From an uncultured Clostridia bacterium (GTDB lineage Bacteria; Bacillota; Clostridia; TANB77; CAG-508): a stretch of 64,000 nucleotides of DNA. This document shows, piece after piece, positions 9,528 through 20,347 of this stretch (its first letter is position 1; each line of letters starts with the position of its first letter). The notes beneath the pieces were generated by a model that searched no databases, had not been told where the DNA came from, and was given only the letters and a program-made list of their open reading frames with translations. Location: assembly GCA_947426305.1 (NCBI GenBank), contig CANEDP010000005.1, positions 26,404-90,403 of the forward strand, written 5' to 3'. A program made the translations under genes and the position numbers.

Positions 9528-11048
9528 TTGTCGTTATCAATTGTAAAAAGTATGTCTCTGCAAGGTTTAGATGGAGTTCTAATTAATGTTGAGGTGGATA
9601 TTTCTGCTGGGATGCCAAGTTGGGAAATAACAGGTTTGCCAGATGCTTCCATTCGTGAATCAAAGGAAAGAGTAAGGACTTCGATTAAAAATTGTGGATA
9701 TGAAGTGCTAAGTAGAAAATATATTATTAATTTATCGCCAGCCAATATTAGGAAAGAGGGTTCAATGCTAGATTTGGCGATTGCAGTAGGAATTTTGCGT
9801 TCCATGGATGCCATTGAGGAATGTAATTTGGAAAATACAGTAATTGTTGGGGAATTATCGTTAAATGGAAAAATTAATAAAATTAATGGAATTTTACCAA
9901 TTTGTGTGGAATCTTTAAAATATGGAATAAAAAGAGTAATAGTTCCTAAAGAAAATGCAAAGGAGGCTGCAATCGTAAGTGAATTGGAGGTTATTGGTGT
10001 ATCTAATTTGAAAGAAGTAATCCAGTTTTTAAATGGTGAAATTGAAATCAAAAGCGAAAAAGTAAATTTAGAAGAAATTTTGCAAAATAACAAAAGTACA
10101 AAACTAGATTTTTCAGAAGTAAAAGGACAAGAAAGCATCAAAAGAGCGCTAGAAATAGCAGCAGCTGGTGGACACAATTGTTTAATGATTGGAACACCGG
10201 GCTCCGGTAAAACCATGATGGCAAGGCGTCTGCCCACTATTTTGCCAGATCTGACGTTTGAAGAATCACTAGAAATTAGTAAAATTCATAGTATTGCTGG
10301 AAAACTTGGAGAAAATACGTTGGTAACGCAGAGACCATTTCGAAGTCCACATCACACTATTTCGGCCAATGGATTGATTGGCGGTGGGAAAATTCCCAAA
10401 CCCGGTGAAATAAGCTTATCACATTATGGTGTTTTATTTTTGGATGAGTTATTGGAATTTAATCGAAATACGTTGGAGGTTTTACGTGGGCCACTTGAAG
10501 ATAGAATGGTTACAATTAGCCGAGTTGGTGCGAGTTTGACATATCCGTGCAATTTTATGTTAATTGCTAGTATGAACCCTTGCCCTTGTGGATATTTGGG
10601 TAGTAAGGAACGAAAGTGTAATTGCACGCAAAAGCAAAAAGAAAACTATAGAGCTAAGTTGAGTGGACCTTTATTGGATCGATTTGACATTCATATTCAA
10701 GTGCCAAGTGTGGACTATAAAAAGTTGGAAACGAAAAGTCAAGAAGGTTCGGAAGAGATTCGAAAAAGAGTTAATGAAGCAAGAAATGTGCAAATTCAAC
10801 GTTATGAAGATTTAGAGATTTTTTCAAATGCAGAATTAACACCTAAATTGGTTGAAAAATATTGTGAGTTAGATCAAGAGTGCAACGAAATTTTGAGTCA
10901 ATCGTTTGAAAAATTAAATTTGAGTGCACGCGCCTATTCCAAAATTTTAAAAGTAGCACGAACCATTGCTGATTTAGATTACTGCGAGAAAATTAAAAAA
11001 ATTCATTTAATTGAGGCAATTCAGTATAGGAGTTTAGATAGAATATGA
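9528..11048 (+). CDS. comM: YifB/ComM family Mg-chelatase-like AAA+ ATPase
   Basis: Has a Lon-like N-terminal domain, a Walker A motif (GTPGSGKTMM) and a C-terminal ChlI-like region. Its stop overlaps the dprA start (ATGA). Confidence 0.9.
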   Translation: MSLSIVKSMSLQGLDGVLINVEVDISAGMPSWEITGLPDASIRESKERVRTSIKNCGYEVLSRKYIINLSPANIRKEGSMLDLAIAVGILRSMDAIEECNLENTVIVGELSLNGKINKINGILPICVESLKYGIKRVIVPKENAKEAAIVSELEVIGVSNLKEVIQFLNGEIEIKSEKVNLEEILQNNKSTKLDFSEVKGQESIKRALEIAAAGGHNCLMIGTPGSGKTMMARRLPTILPDLTFEESLEISKIHSIAGKLGENTLVTQRPFRSPHHTISANGLIGGGKIPKPGEISLSHYGVLFLDELLEFNRNTLEVLRGPLEDRMVTISRVGASLTYPCNFMLIASMNPCPCGYLGSKERKCNCTQKQKENYRAKLSGPLLDRFDIHIQVPSVDYKKLETKSQEGSEEIRKRVNEARNVQIQRYEDLEIFSNAELTPKLVEKYCELDQECNEILSQSFEKLNLSARAYSKILKVARTIADLDYCEKIKKIHLIEAIQYRSLDRI

Positions 11049-11932
11049 GAGAAATTCAGGAGATAAGCATAAATGATGAGGTCTTTCCGGAGAAATTGCG
11101 AAAAATCAAGAATCCGCCAACGAAATTATACGCAATTGGAAATGTAGAGTTGTTGGATAAGCCAAGTTTAGCAATTGTTGGAACACGCCATATCACAGAA
11201 TATGGTATCAAAAACTGTGAAAATTTTGCGCAAAAAATGGTTGAAGAAAATATTCCAGTTGTGAGTGGTATGGCGATTGGGACGGATAGTGTGGCGCATC
11301 GAACCGTTTTGCAATATGGTGGAGAGACAATTGCGGTTTTGGGTGGTGGATTTGAGCGTATTTTTCCAAAAGAGAATTTGGGATTATTTGAAAATATTAT
11401 TGAAAGAAATGGACTGGTGGTGACGGAGTATCCACCTCAAGTTTCCGCGAAAAGTGAGCAATTTTTGGAAAGAAATCGAATTGTAAGTGGCTTGTCGGAA
11501 GGGGTTTTGATTATTGAGGCAGCGTATCGAAGTGGAACGAGTGTTACAGCAAAACTTGCGTATAAACAAGGGAAAGTAGTAATGGCGCTACCAGGAAGGT
11601 TGGATGACCCATATGGAGTGGGAGTCAATAAATTGATTCAGGAAGGAGCTAAACTGGTTACAAATATCGAAGATGTGATGCAACATTTTCCACAGTTTAT
11701 GTATCATTTTGGGAAGACGAGCCAAGAAAAACAGATGACTTTTTGGGACGAAAAAGAAGAGTACCAGGAAATTATGAAAATTTTGCAAAAGCAGGCGTTG
11801 TCAATTGAGGAAATTGTGCAAAAAACGAAACAAAAGAATTTGAGGGAAACCTTAAATTTGCTGATAAATATGGAATTAGAAGGAATCATTACGCAAGAAA
11901 TTGGGGTGGGATATAAAATTCAGAAAGGATAA
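11045..11932 (+). CDS. dprA: DNA processing protein DprA (Smf)
   Basis: Rossmann-like DprA core (LAIVGTRHITEYG ... VVSGMAIGTDSVAH). Translationally coupled to comM. Confidence 0.9.
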   Translation: MREIQEISINDEVFPEKLRKIKNPPTKLYAIGNVELLDKPSLAIVGTRHITEYGIKNCENFAQKMVEENIPVVSGMAIGTDSVAHRTVLQYGGETIAVLGGGFERIFPKENLGLFENIIERNGLVVTEYPPQVSAKSEQFLERNRIVSGLSEGVLIIEAAYRSGTSVTAKLAYKQGKVVMALPGRLDDPYGVGVNKLIQEGAKLVTNIEDVMQHFPQFMYHFGKTSQEKQMTFWDEKEEYQEIMKILQKQALSIEEIVQKTKQKNLRETLNLLINMELEGIITQEIGVGYKIQKG

Positions 11933-11937
11933 ATAAA

Positions 11938-12291
11938 ATGACAAACACGCAGTTAGGTCAAAAAGGCGAAAAAGTAGCAACTAAATATTTAGAAAAATTG
12001 GGATATACCATAGTTTCTAGAAATTATAAATGTTCATATGGAGAAATTGACATTATTGCGAAAGATAAAAAAGACCTTGTTTTTGTTGAAGTAAAAACAA
12101 GGTCTTCCAGAAAATATGGTGAAGCTCGTGAGGCGGTCAATGAATATAAAAAGAAGCATATAAAAAAAGCAGCGACATATTATATGTATAAACATCGATT
12201 GGAAAATGAATTAGTTCGTTTTGATGTGATTGAAATTTATGTTAAAGAAAATGAATTTTATATCAAGCAAATTAAAAATACATTATGGTAA
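11938..12291 (+). CDS. yraN: YraN family (UPF0102) endonuclease
   Basis: A 117-aa protein with the GEKVATKYLEKLGYTIV ... GEIDIIA ... VFVEVKTR motifs. Confidence 0.85.
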   Translation: MTNTQLGQKGEKVATKYLEKLGYTIVSRNYKCSYGEIDIIAKDKKDLVFVEVKTRSSRKYGEAREAVNEYKKKHIKKAATYYMYKHRLENELVRFDVIEIYVKENEFYIKQIKNTLW

Positions 12292-12334
12292 GAGAATTGT
12301 TACAAAAAAGAAATATTTCAATTGTGTAACATTC

Positions 12335-12363
12335 TTGCAATAGAAATTTTATACTGATATAAT
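12335..12363 (+). promoter_or_regulatory. sigma-A type promoter upstream of the ABC exporter pair (TTGCAA-17-TATAAT)
   Basis: Read from the sequence: -35 at 12335-12340 and -10 at 12358-12363. Confidence 0.55.
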
Positions 12364-12394
12364 ATAAACGAGTAATTATGTCTAGGAGAAACAA

Positions 12395-14134
12395 ATGAGA
12401 AACATTATTGTAAAAATATTAAAAAAATATAAACTACAATTTGCCATCGTGTGGGGATTTATTGCAATTAATATGTATTTAATTACTGTTCCACCACAAA
12501 TTATTGGTAAAATTGTGGACTTACTATATAATATAGAAGAAAATAGAAATTTAATTATGACGCAAGTTATCTGGCTAATTGCAACTGCAGTTGGTTTGCT
12601 GTTTATTAGATTGCCTTGGCGATATGGTGTGGGAATTATTGCGCGTGGATTTGAGAAGGACTTCAAAAATAAATTATTTGACCAATTTATGAAAATTAAA
12701 ATGACGAGTTTGCAAAATATCAAAAATGGTGAACTGATGTCATATTTTACGAAAGATGTTGGAGAATTGCGAGTTTTTCTATATCGTCTAACTTCGCTTG
12801 GTTCAAGAATTTTGATAACTTTTACAATCGTAACCTATAAAATGATTTCAGGTGTTAATCTAAAATTAACTTTGGTGACGATGTGTCCCATTATTGTTAC
12901 CAGCTTTTTGGTAGTTATGATTAAAAAATACGTTGAGAAAAGCTTCAAAAAGTCACGAAAATATTATACAGAATTATCGGAATTTGTGCAGGAAAGCACG
13001 GATAGCATTAAAACTACGAAAGCTTATTCTGGCGAAGTGAGCCAATTAAAAGAATTTATTCGAAGAAATAAATTACTAAAAGAAGCCAATAACGCTGTTG
13101 ATGTACATTCTACGTTATTGACTACTTGCGTGAATATTTGCTTTGGATTGTGTTATGGAATTTCTTTGATTTATGGCTCAAAATTAGTTTTGGAAGGAAA
13201 CGTTACAATTGGAGAATTTATTGCTTTTAATGGATATATTGGCTTGTTTGTTGGGCCAGTATCTTGGATTCCGGGAATTATATCAAGATTTAAAAGAGCA
13301 CAGATTTCATATCGCCGATTGGAAAAAGTATTTAGTTTAGAAAGAGAAAAAATATCGATTAGAGAGGAAAGAAATTCTAATACGATATCAGGCGATATTG
13401 TAATTACTGATTTAACTTATAACTATACACAAAACATAGAAGTTGCGTTAAATCACATTAATCTTGAAATCAAAGAAGGAGAAACTCTGGGAATTATTGG
13501 AACGATTGGTAGTGGAAAAACGACTTTGATGAATTTGCTATTAAAATTATATCCAGTTCCTAATGGAAAAATTAGCATTGACGGAGTGGATATTAATGAT
13601 ATTCCACTAAATGTCTTAAGAAGAAGTATTTGCTATATTACGCAAGATTCGTTCTTGTTTTCAAGTACGTTAAAGGACAATATTAGTCTATTTAGAGAAG
13701 ATTTTAAAGATGATGAAATCATTGAAAGTACAAGGAATGCTATGATTCATGATGACATCGACAAAATGAATGAAGGAATTTATACCAGACTTGGCGAACA
13801 GGGAGTCGATTTATCTGGTGGGCAAAAACAGAGAATTGTTATTTCAAGAGCCTTTTTGCAAAAAAGTAATTTTGTGATTTTTGACGATACTTTTTGCGCA
13901 TTAGATAATCGAACCGAAGAAGCATTGCTAAAAAATATAAAAGAATTAACTAAAGGAAAAACTTGTATCATTATATCTAACAGAATTTCAGACATCAAAG
14001 ATGCTGATAAAATTATTGTGTTAGACGAAGGAAATATGATAGAAGCAGGAAATCACGAAACTTTGATTAATCGAAGAGGTTTATATAGCAAACTTTATAG
14101 GCAACAATCTTCAAAAGAAGAAATGTTAGGTTAG
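12395..14134 (+). CDS. ABC transporter ATP-binding/permease (type I exporter half-transporter)
   Basis: Six-TM domain followed by an NBD with Walker A (GTIGSGKTT), signature (LSGGQKQR) and Walker B (VIFDD) motifs. Confidence 0.9.
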   Translation: MRNIIVKILKKYKLQFAIVWGFIAINMYLITVPPQIIGKIVDLLYNIEENRNLIMTQVIWLIATAVGLLFIRLPWRYGVGIIARGFEKDFKNKLFDQFMKIKMTSLQNIKNGELMSYFTKDVGELRVFLYRLTSLGSRILITFTIVTYKMISGVNLKLTLVTMCPIIVTSFLVVMIKKYVEKSFKKSRKYYTELSEFVQESTDSIKTTKAYSGEVSQLKEFIRRNKLLKEANNAVDVHSTLLTTCVNICFGLCYGISLIYGSKLVLEGNVTIGEFIAFNGYIGLFVGPVSWIPGIISRFKRAQISYRRLEKVFSLEREKISIREERNSNTISGDIVITDLTYNYTQNIEVALNHINLEIKEGETLGIIGTIGSGKTTLMNLLLKLYPVPNGKISIDGVDINDIPLNVLRRSICYITQDSFLFSSTLKDNISLFREDFKDDEIIESTRNAMIHDDIDKMNEGIYTRLGEQGVDLSGGQKQRIVISRAFLQKSNFVIFDDTFCALDNRTEEALLKNIKELTKGKTCIIISNRISDIKDADKIIVLDEGNMIEAGNHETLINRRGLYSKLYRQQSSKEEMLG

Positions 14135-14144
14135 GAGAAAACAA

Positions 14145-15890
14145 ATGAAAAGTAAAACTTTATCCAGAGTCAGAGAACTGGCCAGACCGCATAAAAAAAC
14201 AATTGTGATTACTTCTATTTTGTCGCTTATTATTGGAATTGGTGAAATTGTCAAGCCATATTTGTTAGAAATTGCGATTGATGAATATATTAGCCAAGGG
14301 ATTTTTCAAAAGGGGAGCATCACGGTTGGAATGATTGGTGCGTTTTATATTGCAATTGTGCTGTTGGGGAATTTTATTGATTTTATCACAACAACTACGG
14401 TGAATATGATGGGTGAGGAAGTTATCTATACATTAAGAAATAAGTTATTTAAATTTACCCAAAATACGAATATCACATTTCACGATAAAACTTCGGCAGG
14501 AAAATTGTTTGTCAGAATCACAAATGATGTAGAAGATATTTCTACTTTATTTAAGGATGTTGTAGCAACGATTGTAAAAGACGTTATCTTGATTCTTGCC
14601 ATTGCAGTCATTATGCTGTATTTTAATAGCAAATTGGGATTACTATCTTTTATCGTTGTTCCATTTATTATTCTATTTTCAATGACTTTGACAACAATCT
14701 TGCATAAGCAATATGATGTTTCCAAAGTGATTCGAACGAATTTGAATACGTTTTTAGCAGAATCTATTTATGGTGCTAAGATTATAAAAGTATTTAACAT
14801 TCAAAGAGAAAAACAAAAACAATGTGAAACGTATACTAGAGATTTTTGTAAGGCAAGAGTAAAAACAGGTTTTATAGAAGCGTTGCTTCCAGCGTTAATG
14901 ACTGTTTTGGAAAATATGGGAATTGCTATTATTGTGGTTGTGTGTACAAACCATATTTGGGGAATTACGCTAGAAGTTGGATTCATTTATGCCTTTATTT
15001 CGTATATCAAACAAATATTTGAACCGATTAATCGAATCATAGAAAATATGGAAACCGTACAAGAAGCCTTTGTTTCAATTGACAAAATATACGATATTTT
15101 AGACCAAAAAGAATATTTGGAAGATTTTGAATCAGGAATAGAATTGGAAGATGTCAAAGGTAAAATCGAATTTAAGCATGTGTGGTTTTCTTATGATGAT
15201 GGTAAGAAGTGGATTTTAAAGGATGTTAGCTTTACCATTCAGCCGGGTGAAAGTATTGCTTTGGTCGGAAAAACTGGTTCTGGAAAAACGACCATTACAA
15301 ATTTAATCAATCGATTTTATGATATTCAGCAAGGTGAAATTTTGCTAGATGGTGTGAATATTAAAGATATTAATTTGCGAAGTTTAAGAAGCAATATTGG
15401 AATTATTTTGCAAGATCCATTTATTTTTGCCAAAAGCATTAAGGAGAATATTAAATTATACAAAAATTTGTCAGACGAAGATGTTCAAGAGGCAGTTGAA
15501 CTTGCCTCAGCAGAAGAATTCATCAATTCTTTACCAGAAGGAATGGAGGCAATTGCCAACGAAAGAGGAAATTCGTATTCCGAAGGACAAAAACAATTAA
15601 TTGCATTTGCACGAGTGTTTGCAAATAATCCTAATATTTTCGTGTTGGACGAAGCAACAGCCAACATTGACACTTACACAGAAAGCCTTATTCAAAAATC
15701 AATTGATAGATTATCTGCCAACAAAACTTCTATTTTTATTGCACATCGATTATCAACGATTGTTAATGTGGATAAGATTATTGTGCTAAGTGATGGTGAG
15801 ATCGTGGAAGAAGGAAATCATGAGAAGTTACTACAAACAGGTGGATATTATTCGAAGCTTTATAATGCGTATTATGAAAGTTTAGGGTGA
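14145..15890 (+). CDS. ABC transporter ATP-binding/permease (partner half-transporter; heterodimeric multidrug-type exporter)
   Basis: TMD plus NBD with GKTGSGKTT, a degenerate signature (YSEGQKQL) and Walker B (VLDEAT). Tandem with the previous gene. Confidence 0.9.
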   Translation: MKSKTLSRVRELARPHKKTIVITSILSLIIGIGEIVKPYLLEIAIDEYISQGIFQKGSITVGMIGAFYIAIVLLGNFIDFITTTTVNMMGEEVIYTLRNKLFKFTQNTNITFHDKTSAGKLFVRITNDVEDISTLFKDVVATIVKDVILILAIAVIMLYFNSKLGLLSFIVVPFIILFSMTLTTILHKQYDVSKVIRTNLNTFLAESIYGAKIIKVFNIQREKQKQCETYTRDFCKARVKTGFIEALLPALMTVLENMGIAIIVVVCTNHIWGITLEVGFIYAFISYIKQIFEPINRIIENMETVQEAFVSIDKIYDILDQKEYLEDFESGIELEDVKGKIEFKHVWFSYDDGKKWILKDVSFTIQPGESIALVGKTGSGKTTITNLINRFYDIQQGEILLDGVNIKDINLRSLRSNIGIILQDPFIFAKSIKENIKLYKNLSDEDVQEAVELASAEEFINSLPEGMEAIANERGNSYSEGQKQLIAFARVFANNPNIFVLDEATANIDTYTESLIQKSIDRLSANKTSIFIAHRLSTIVNVDKIIVLSDGEIVEEGNHEKLLQTGGYYSKLYNAYYESLG

Positions 15891-16039
15891 TTTTTATAAA
15901 AAAACAGCTAAAAATAGGAAAAAATGATAATAACTCTTGCTTTTTTTGACAAAATGTTGTATAATTATTATAAGTATAACTTTAAAAATGTTTATATTTA
16001 CATAAACGTAAATATTTTTATAAAAAGGATGGTAAAAAT

Positions 16040-19000
16040 ATGATTAAAGAGAAAATTTTAAAAATCGTAACAGCAGGAGCGTGTATTGCAACACTAATAA
16101 TGCCACACACAAGTGTTGTGTTAGCAAGTGTTTTAACGAATAGTTCTGATGTTTCAGGAAGAGTTGACACAGTAGAATTAAAAGCAATTCCATATCATGA
16201 AAGTGGATATGCTTATCAAGCAAAGCAAGCTGGAAAAGATTTAGGAACTGAAATTTTAAAAATATTGCAAAAAGATGGGATTAATTATGATTATGCAAAC
16301 GAATTTTATTGTATTGACGTAAACAACTCTTTCCCAATGCTAGATGGTTACTCATATAACTATAAAAGAGCAATTGAAGATTTCTTTGCAGGAAATCCAT
16401 CGAACCAATTTCCAGCAAATGAAGGAAATCATACATATTTTCATCCAACAGATGAAGAATATAATTCTCTATGCTGGTTATTGAAAAATATGTATTTAAG
16501 AAAACAAATGTCAGAAGAGGCAAGAACAGAACAATTGAATTCATTGCTATCAAATGCTTGCGCAGACCTATTAAATGCAGGATTTGAGGAAATTGGCTCA
16601 GTTGAGGATATAAAAGCATTAATCAATGAGGATGATATTGAAATCGTTCAACAATGGGCTATTTGGTATTTTACCAACAATGGGGAAGCAACATTGCAAG
16701 ACATTGATATTGTACAAAGAGATTCAAATGGAAATATTACTTTACCAATGTTAGATGTAACAAGATTATCGACAGAGTATGACAATATGAATCCTGAAAA
16801 ATATAAAATACTAAATTATTTATATTGTTACTTCATTAAAACAGCGGAAGAAAATTCTACATTAGCAACAAATGAATCTTATCCATCGATTGTTCAAACA
16901 AGTCCAACGAGTGTGGTAGATGGCTCAGACTACAAAATAGGACCTTTTAAAATTTCTGCTTCTTCCGATGTGAAGACAAGTTCTTATTCTGTAAAATTGA
17001 TGTCAGGAAATAATGAAATAACAAATTACACAATAAAAGATGAGCAAGGAAATACTTTATCACAAAATATTGCTTCTGTTTTAAATACGAATTATTATAT
17101 TTATTTGCCAGTGGCTCAAACCGATGTTAGTAATATTCAATTAAAATTAAACTACTATGATACAAAAGCTTCTGTCTGGAAAAAAGTTCTTGATAACAAT
17201 GATATGGAATACGATGAAACACATCAACCAGTTATCTTAATTACAAGAGAATTAGAAGAAGAAAATATTTCATTAAAAGTAAATCCAGACTTAGCTTTGA
17301 GAAAATACATTATTGCAGTAAATGACACACAAATAACGAACAGAACTCCGCAAGTAGATATCTCAGGTTTACGCGATGGATCGAGCACAACAGCTGTTTA
17401 TAAACATAGAAAAGATGCTGTAGAAGTAAAAGTGGGAGATACGGTAACTTACCGAATTGTAGTTTATAATGAAGGAAATGTAGAAGCAAAAGTTTCAGAA
17501 ATCGTAGACTACTTACCAGAAGGGTTAGAACTAGCAGAAAATAATCAAACCAATAGTGATTTTGGTTGGACAGTCTCAGAAAATGGTAGCATTACAACGA
17601 AGGCAACGGAAAATACAAGCATACCAGCATTTGGAACGGAATTACAAGGTACCTATGTAGATGTTGTATGCAAAGTAACTGACAAAGCAAGTTCAGGTGC
17701 AATTTTAACAAACATTGCAGAAATTAAAGCAGATAATATAAATGATAGAGATTCAACACCAGATTCATTAGCAAGTAAAATTAGTTCAATCGACAAATCA
17801 ACTTACATAGGAAACGATAACAAAGCAGATTTATCCGACTCAAACTATTTCTATAAAGGCTCAGAAGATGATGACGATTTCGAAAAATTAGTTGTTGCAG
17901 GAAAAGCATTTGACTTAAAGTTACAAAAATTTATCACAAAAGTAAATGGAAAAACAGTTACAGAGAGTAGAGAACCAAAAGTGAATACAAATCCATTGAA
18001 AAACGGTTCAACCAATGCAGAATATACAACTGTGAAAACGCCAGTATTTGTCCAAAAAGGTGATATTGTAACTTACACAATTCGTGTTTACAATGAAGGG
18101 GAAGAAGACGGTTATGCAGAAAGCATTGCAGATTATTTGCCAGATGGACTTGGCTATTTAGTAAATTATAATGAAAATATCAACAATTATTGGGCGATTC
18201 CAACAGATTCACAAGTAAATACTGTGAAATTAAATCAAATTCCAAATGGAACGAAAAACTTAAAAGTAACCGATTTCACAGGAGTAACTGACTTAAATAA
18301 TGTAGATGTTGTAAAGGGTAGCGTAAAACTAACATCAACTGCCTTAAATTCAAGCAAGTCAGATAACTTAATTAAAGCTTTTGATGGCTCAGATAAATTA
18401 TCTTATAAGGATATACAAGTTACTTGTATTGTGTTAGAAGACAGCAATTTAAGAAATATTGCAGAAATTACAAATGATTCTGATGCGAACAAAAATGAAG
18501 TAACGGATCGAGACTCAACACCAGATACGGTTGACCCAAATAACTATCCTGGAAATGACCAAAACCAAGATGATCACGACTATGAAATTTTAGTTATGAA
18601 AAAATTTGATTTAGCTTTACAAAAATTTATAACAGCTGTAAATGACAAAGAAATCAAAGATAGAGTTCCAAAAGTTAGTTTAGATGAAAATAAAAAAATA
18701 AAATATGAACACCCACAAACAGCCCTAGAAGTTAATCATGGAGATATTGTGACATATACCATTAGAGTTTACAATGAAGGTGAAGTAGATGGTTATGCTG
18801 CTGAAATTAATGATGATATTCCAAATGGCTTAGAATTAGATAGTAACAATGAAATCAATAAAAAATATGGTTGGGTAATGTATGATGCCAATGGAAATGT
18901 AACCAAAGATACATCTAAGGCGGCAGAAATAAGAACAGATTATTTATCAAAACAAAAAGCAGAAGCCAGAAAAGAAAATGCTTTATTAACAGCATTTGAT

Positions 19001-19807
19001 AGCGAAAAAGGCAATCTATTCTACTTAGACGTAAAAGTGGCCTTTAAAGTAAACAGCAAAGCTTCCAACAATACCATTATTAATACAGCAGAAATCACAA
19101 AAGACACCGATTCAGAAGGAAATGAAATTGACGATATTGATTCAACACCAAACAACAAAAAAGAAGGTGAAGATGATATCGACCAAGAGAGAATTCATGT
19201 TGGCTATTTCGACTTAGCACTTCAAAAAGATTTGACTAAAGCAATCATAACAGAAGGAAGTTCTACCAAAGAAATCTCTGCCAAGAATGGTGAATTAATG
19301 AAAGTTGAAATTAATCGAAAGAAGATTAACTCAACGATTGTCAAATTTGTTTATACCATTACGATTAAAAACGAAGGAACAATACCAGGTTATGCCAAAG
19401 AAATCAAAGATTATATTCCTGAAGGTTTGCAATTTGTGGAAGCAGATGACAAAAATTGGAAAGTAGGTTCGAATGGAACAATTACGACAGAGGCATTAGC
19501 AAATACTTTGCTTCAACCAGGTCAAACAGCAAGTGTTCAAGTGACATTAAGATGGATTAACAATGAAAATAATTTAGGCACCAAAATCAATGTTGCTGAA
19601 ATTAGCAAAGACTACAACGAAGCAGGTGATGTTGACGATATTGATTCAACACCAGACAACAAAAAAGAAGGTGAAGATGATATCGACGACGCACCAGTCA
19701 TCTTAAGTATTGCAACAGGTAGAGCGCCAGTTTATATGATATTAACAACAGTGGTTTTAGTGATTATTGGTACAGGAGTTATTGCAATTAAGAAATATGT
19801 GTTATAG
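16040..19807 (+). CDS. large cell-surface protein with four DUF11-type repeat domains and a C-terminal TM anchor
   Basis: Signal peptide. Four repeats begin with FDLALQKFIT/DLALRKYII and contain GDxVTYTIRVYNEG ... DYLPxGL. Recurring acidic DxDSTPD(N) motifs are present. The C-terminus is a hydrophobic helix plus KKYVL with no LPXTG. Confidence 0.8.
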   Translation: MIKEKILKIVTAGACIATLIMPHTSVVLASVLTNSSDVSGRVDTVELKAIPYHESGYAYQAKQAGKDLGTEILKILQKDGINYDYANEFYCIDVNNSFPMLDGYSYNYKRAIEDFFAGNPSNQFPANEGNHTYFHPTDEEYNSLCWLLKNMYLRKQMSEEARTEQLNSLLSNACADLLNAGFEEIGSVEDIKALINEDDIEIVQQWAIWYFTNNGEATLQDIDIVQRDSNGNITLPMLDVTRLSTEYDNMNPEKYKILNYLYCYFIKTAEENSTLATNESYPSIVQTSPTSVVDGSDYKIGPFKISASSDVKTSSYSVKLMSGNNEITNYTIKDEQGNTLSQNIASVLNTNYYIYLPVAQTDVSNIQLKLNYYDTKASVWKKVLDNNDMEYDETHQPVILITRELEEENISLKVNPDLALRKYIIAVNDTQITNRTPQVDISGLRDGSSTTAVYKHRKDAVEVKVGDTVTYRIVVYNEGNVEAKVSEIVDYLPEGLELAENNQTNSDFGWTVSENGSITTKATENTSIPAFGTELQGTYVDVVCKVTDKASSGAILTNIAEIKADNINDRDSTPDSLASKISSIDKSTYIGNDNKADLSDSNYFYKGSEDDDDFEKLVVAGKAFDLKLQKFITKVNGKTVTESREPKVNTNPLKNGSTNAEYTTVKTPVFVQKGDIVTYTIRVYNEGEEDGYAESIADYLPDGLGYLVNYNENINNYWAIPTDSQVNTVKLNQIPNGTKNLKVTDFTGVTDLNNVDVVKGSVKLTSTALNSSKSDNLIKAFDGSDKLSYKDIQVTCIVLEDSNLRNIAEITNDSDANKNEVTDRDSTPDTVDPNNYPGNDQNQDDHDYEILVMKKFDLALQKFITAVNDKEIKDRVPKVSLDENKKIKYEHPQTALEVNHGDIVTYTIRVYNEGEVDGYAAEINDDIPNGLELDSNNEINKKYGWVMYDANGNVTKDTSKAAEIRTDYLSKQKAEARKENALLTAFDSEKGNLFYLDVKVAFKVNSKASNNTIINTAEITKDTDSEGNEIDDIDSTPNNKKEGEDDIDQERIHVGYFDLALQKDLTKAIITEGSSTKEISAKNGELMKVEINRKKINSTIVKFVYTITIKNEGTIPGYAKEIKDYIPEGLQFVEADDKNWKVGSNGTITTEALANTLLQPGQTASVQVTLRWINNENNLGTKINVAEISKDYNEAGDVDDIDSTPDNKKEGEDDIDDAPVILSIATGRAPVYMILTTVVLVIIGTGVIAIKKYVL

Positions 19808-19943
19808 TAAAATAACAAAATAAAAAAGGGCACAGGAAACTGTGCCTTTAAATCTACAAATTTTTAAGAAAAGTGTTGAAAAAACTAAAAAGTTTAGTTA
19901 TAATTATAGTAAGAAGAAAAAGATTATTGAGGAGGCATAAAAA

Positions 19944-20327
19944 ATGAATAGAAAAAAGAAATTGTTTCATGTATGTATGTTAGTCGTTTGTGTAATATTG
20001 TGCATGAATCATATAGTATTTGCTATATCTGGTTCGGATTTGACAAAGGAATTTAATGGACAAACTACAATAAATACGAATGAAGGAGAAAAATTAGTGC
20101 AAGATGTTGTAGATGTTGTACTATCAGTTGTAAGAATTGTTGCCATTGGTATTGCTGTAATTATGATAACTCTTTTAGGAATGAAATATATGGCAGCAGC
20201 ACCAAGTGAAAAAGCTAACATTAAAAATCAATTAATAGCATTCACAATTGGTGCAGTTGTAGTGATTGGAACAACGTCAATATTGACTATGATAAAAAAT
20301 GCTGTGGATAAAATAACAGAAATCTAA
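19944..20327 (+). CDS. small secreted two-helix membrane protein, VirB2/TrbC-like pilin architecture (paralog 1)
   Basis: A 127-aa protein with a signal peptide, then two hydrophobic helices flanking a short charged loop (AAAPSEKANIKNQ). Confidence 0.6.
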   Translation: MNRKKKLFHVCMLVVCVILCMNHIVFAISGSDLTKEFNGQTTINTNEGEKLVQDVVDVVLSVVRIVAIGIAVIMITLLGMKYMAAAPSEKANIKNQLIAFTIGAVVVIGTTSILTMIKNAVDKITEI

Positions 20328-20347
20328 AGAAAAGGAGAAATAAAAGT

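Noticed and set aside
9506-10237. 243-aa minus-strand ORF antisense to comM, and similar antisense ORFs at 34560-35117, 42596-42976 and 14480-14725
   Set aside because: Each lies entirely inside a strongly supported conserved gene on the opposite strand. They have no RBS or domain and are composed mostly of low-complexity Ser/Ile/Leu runs.
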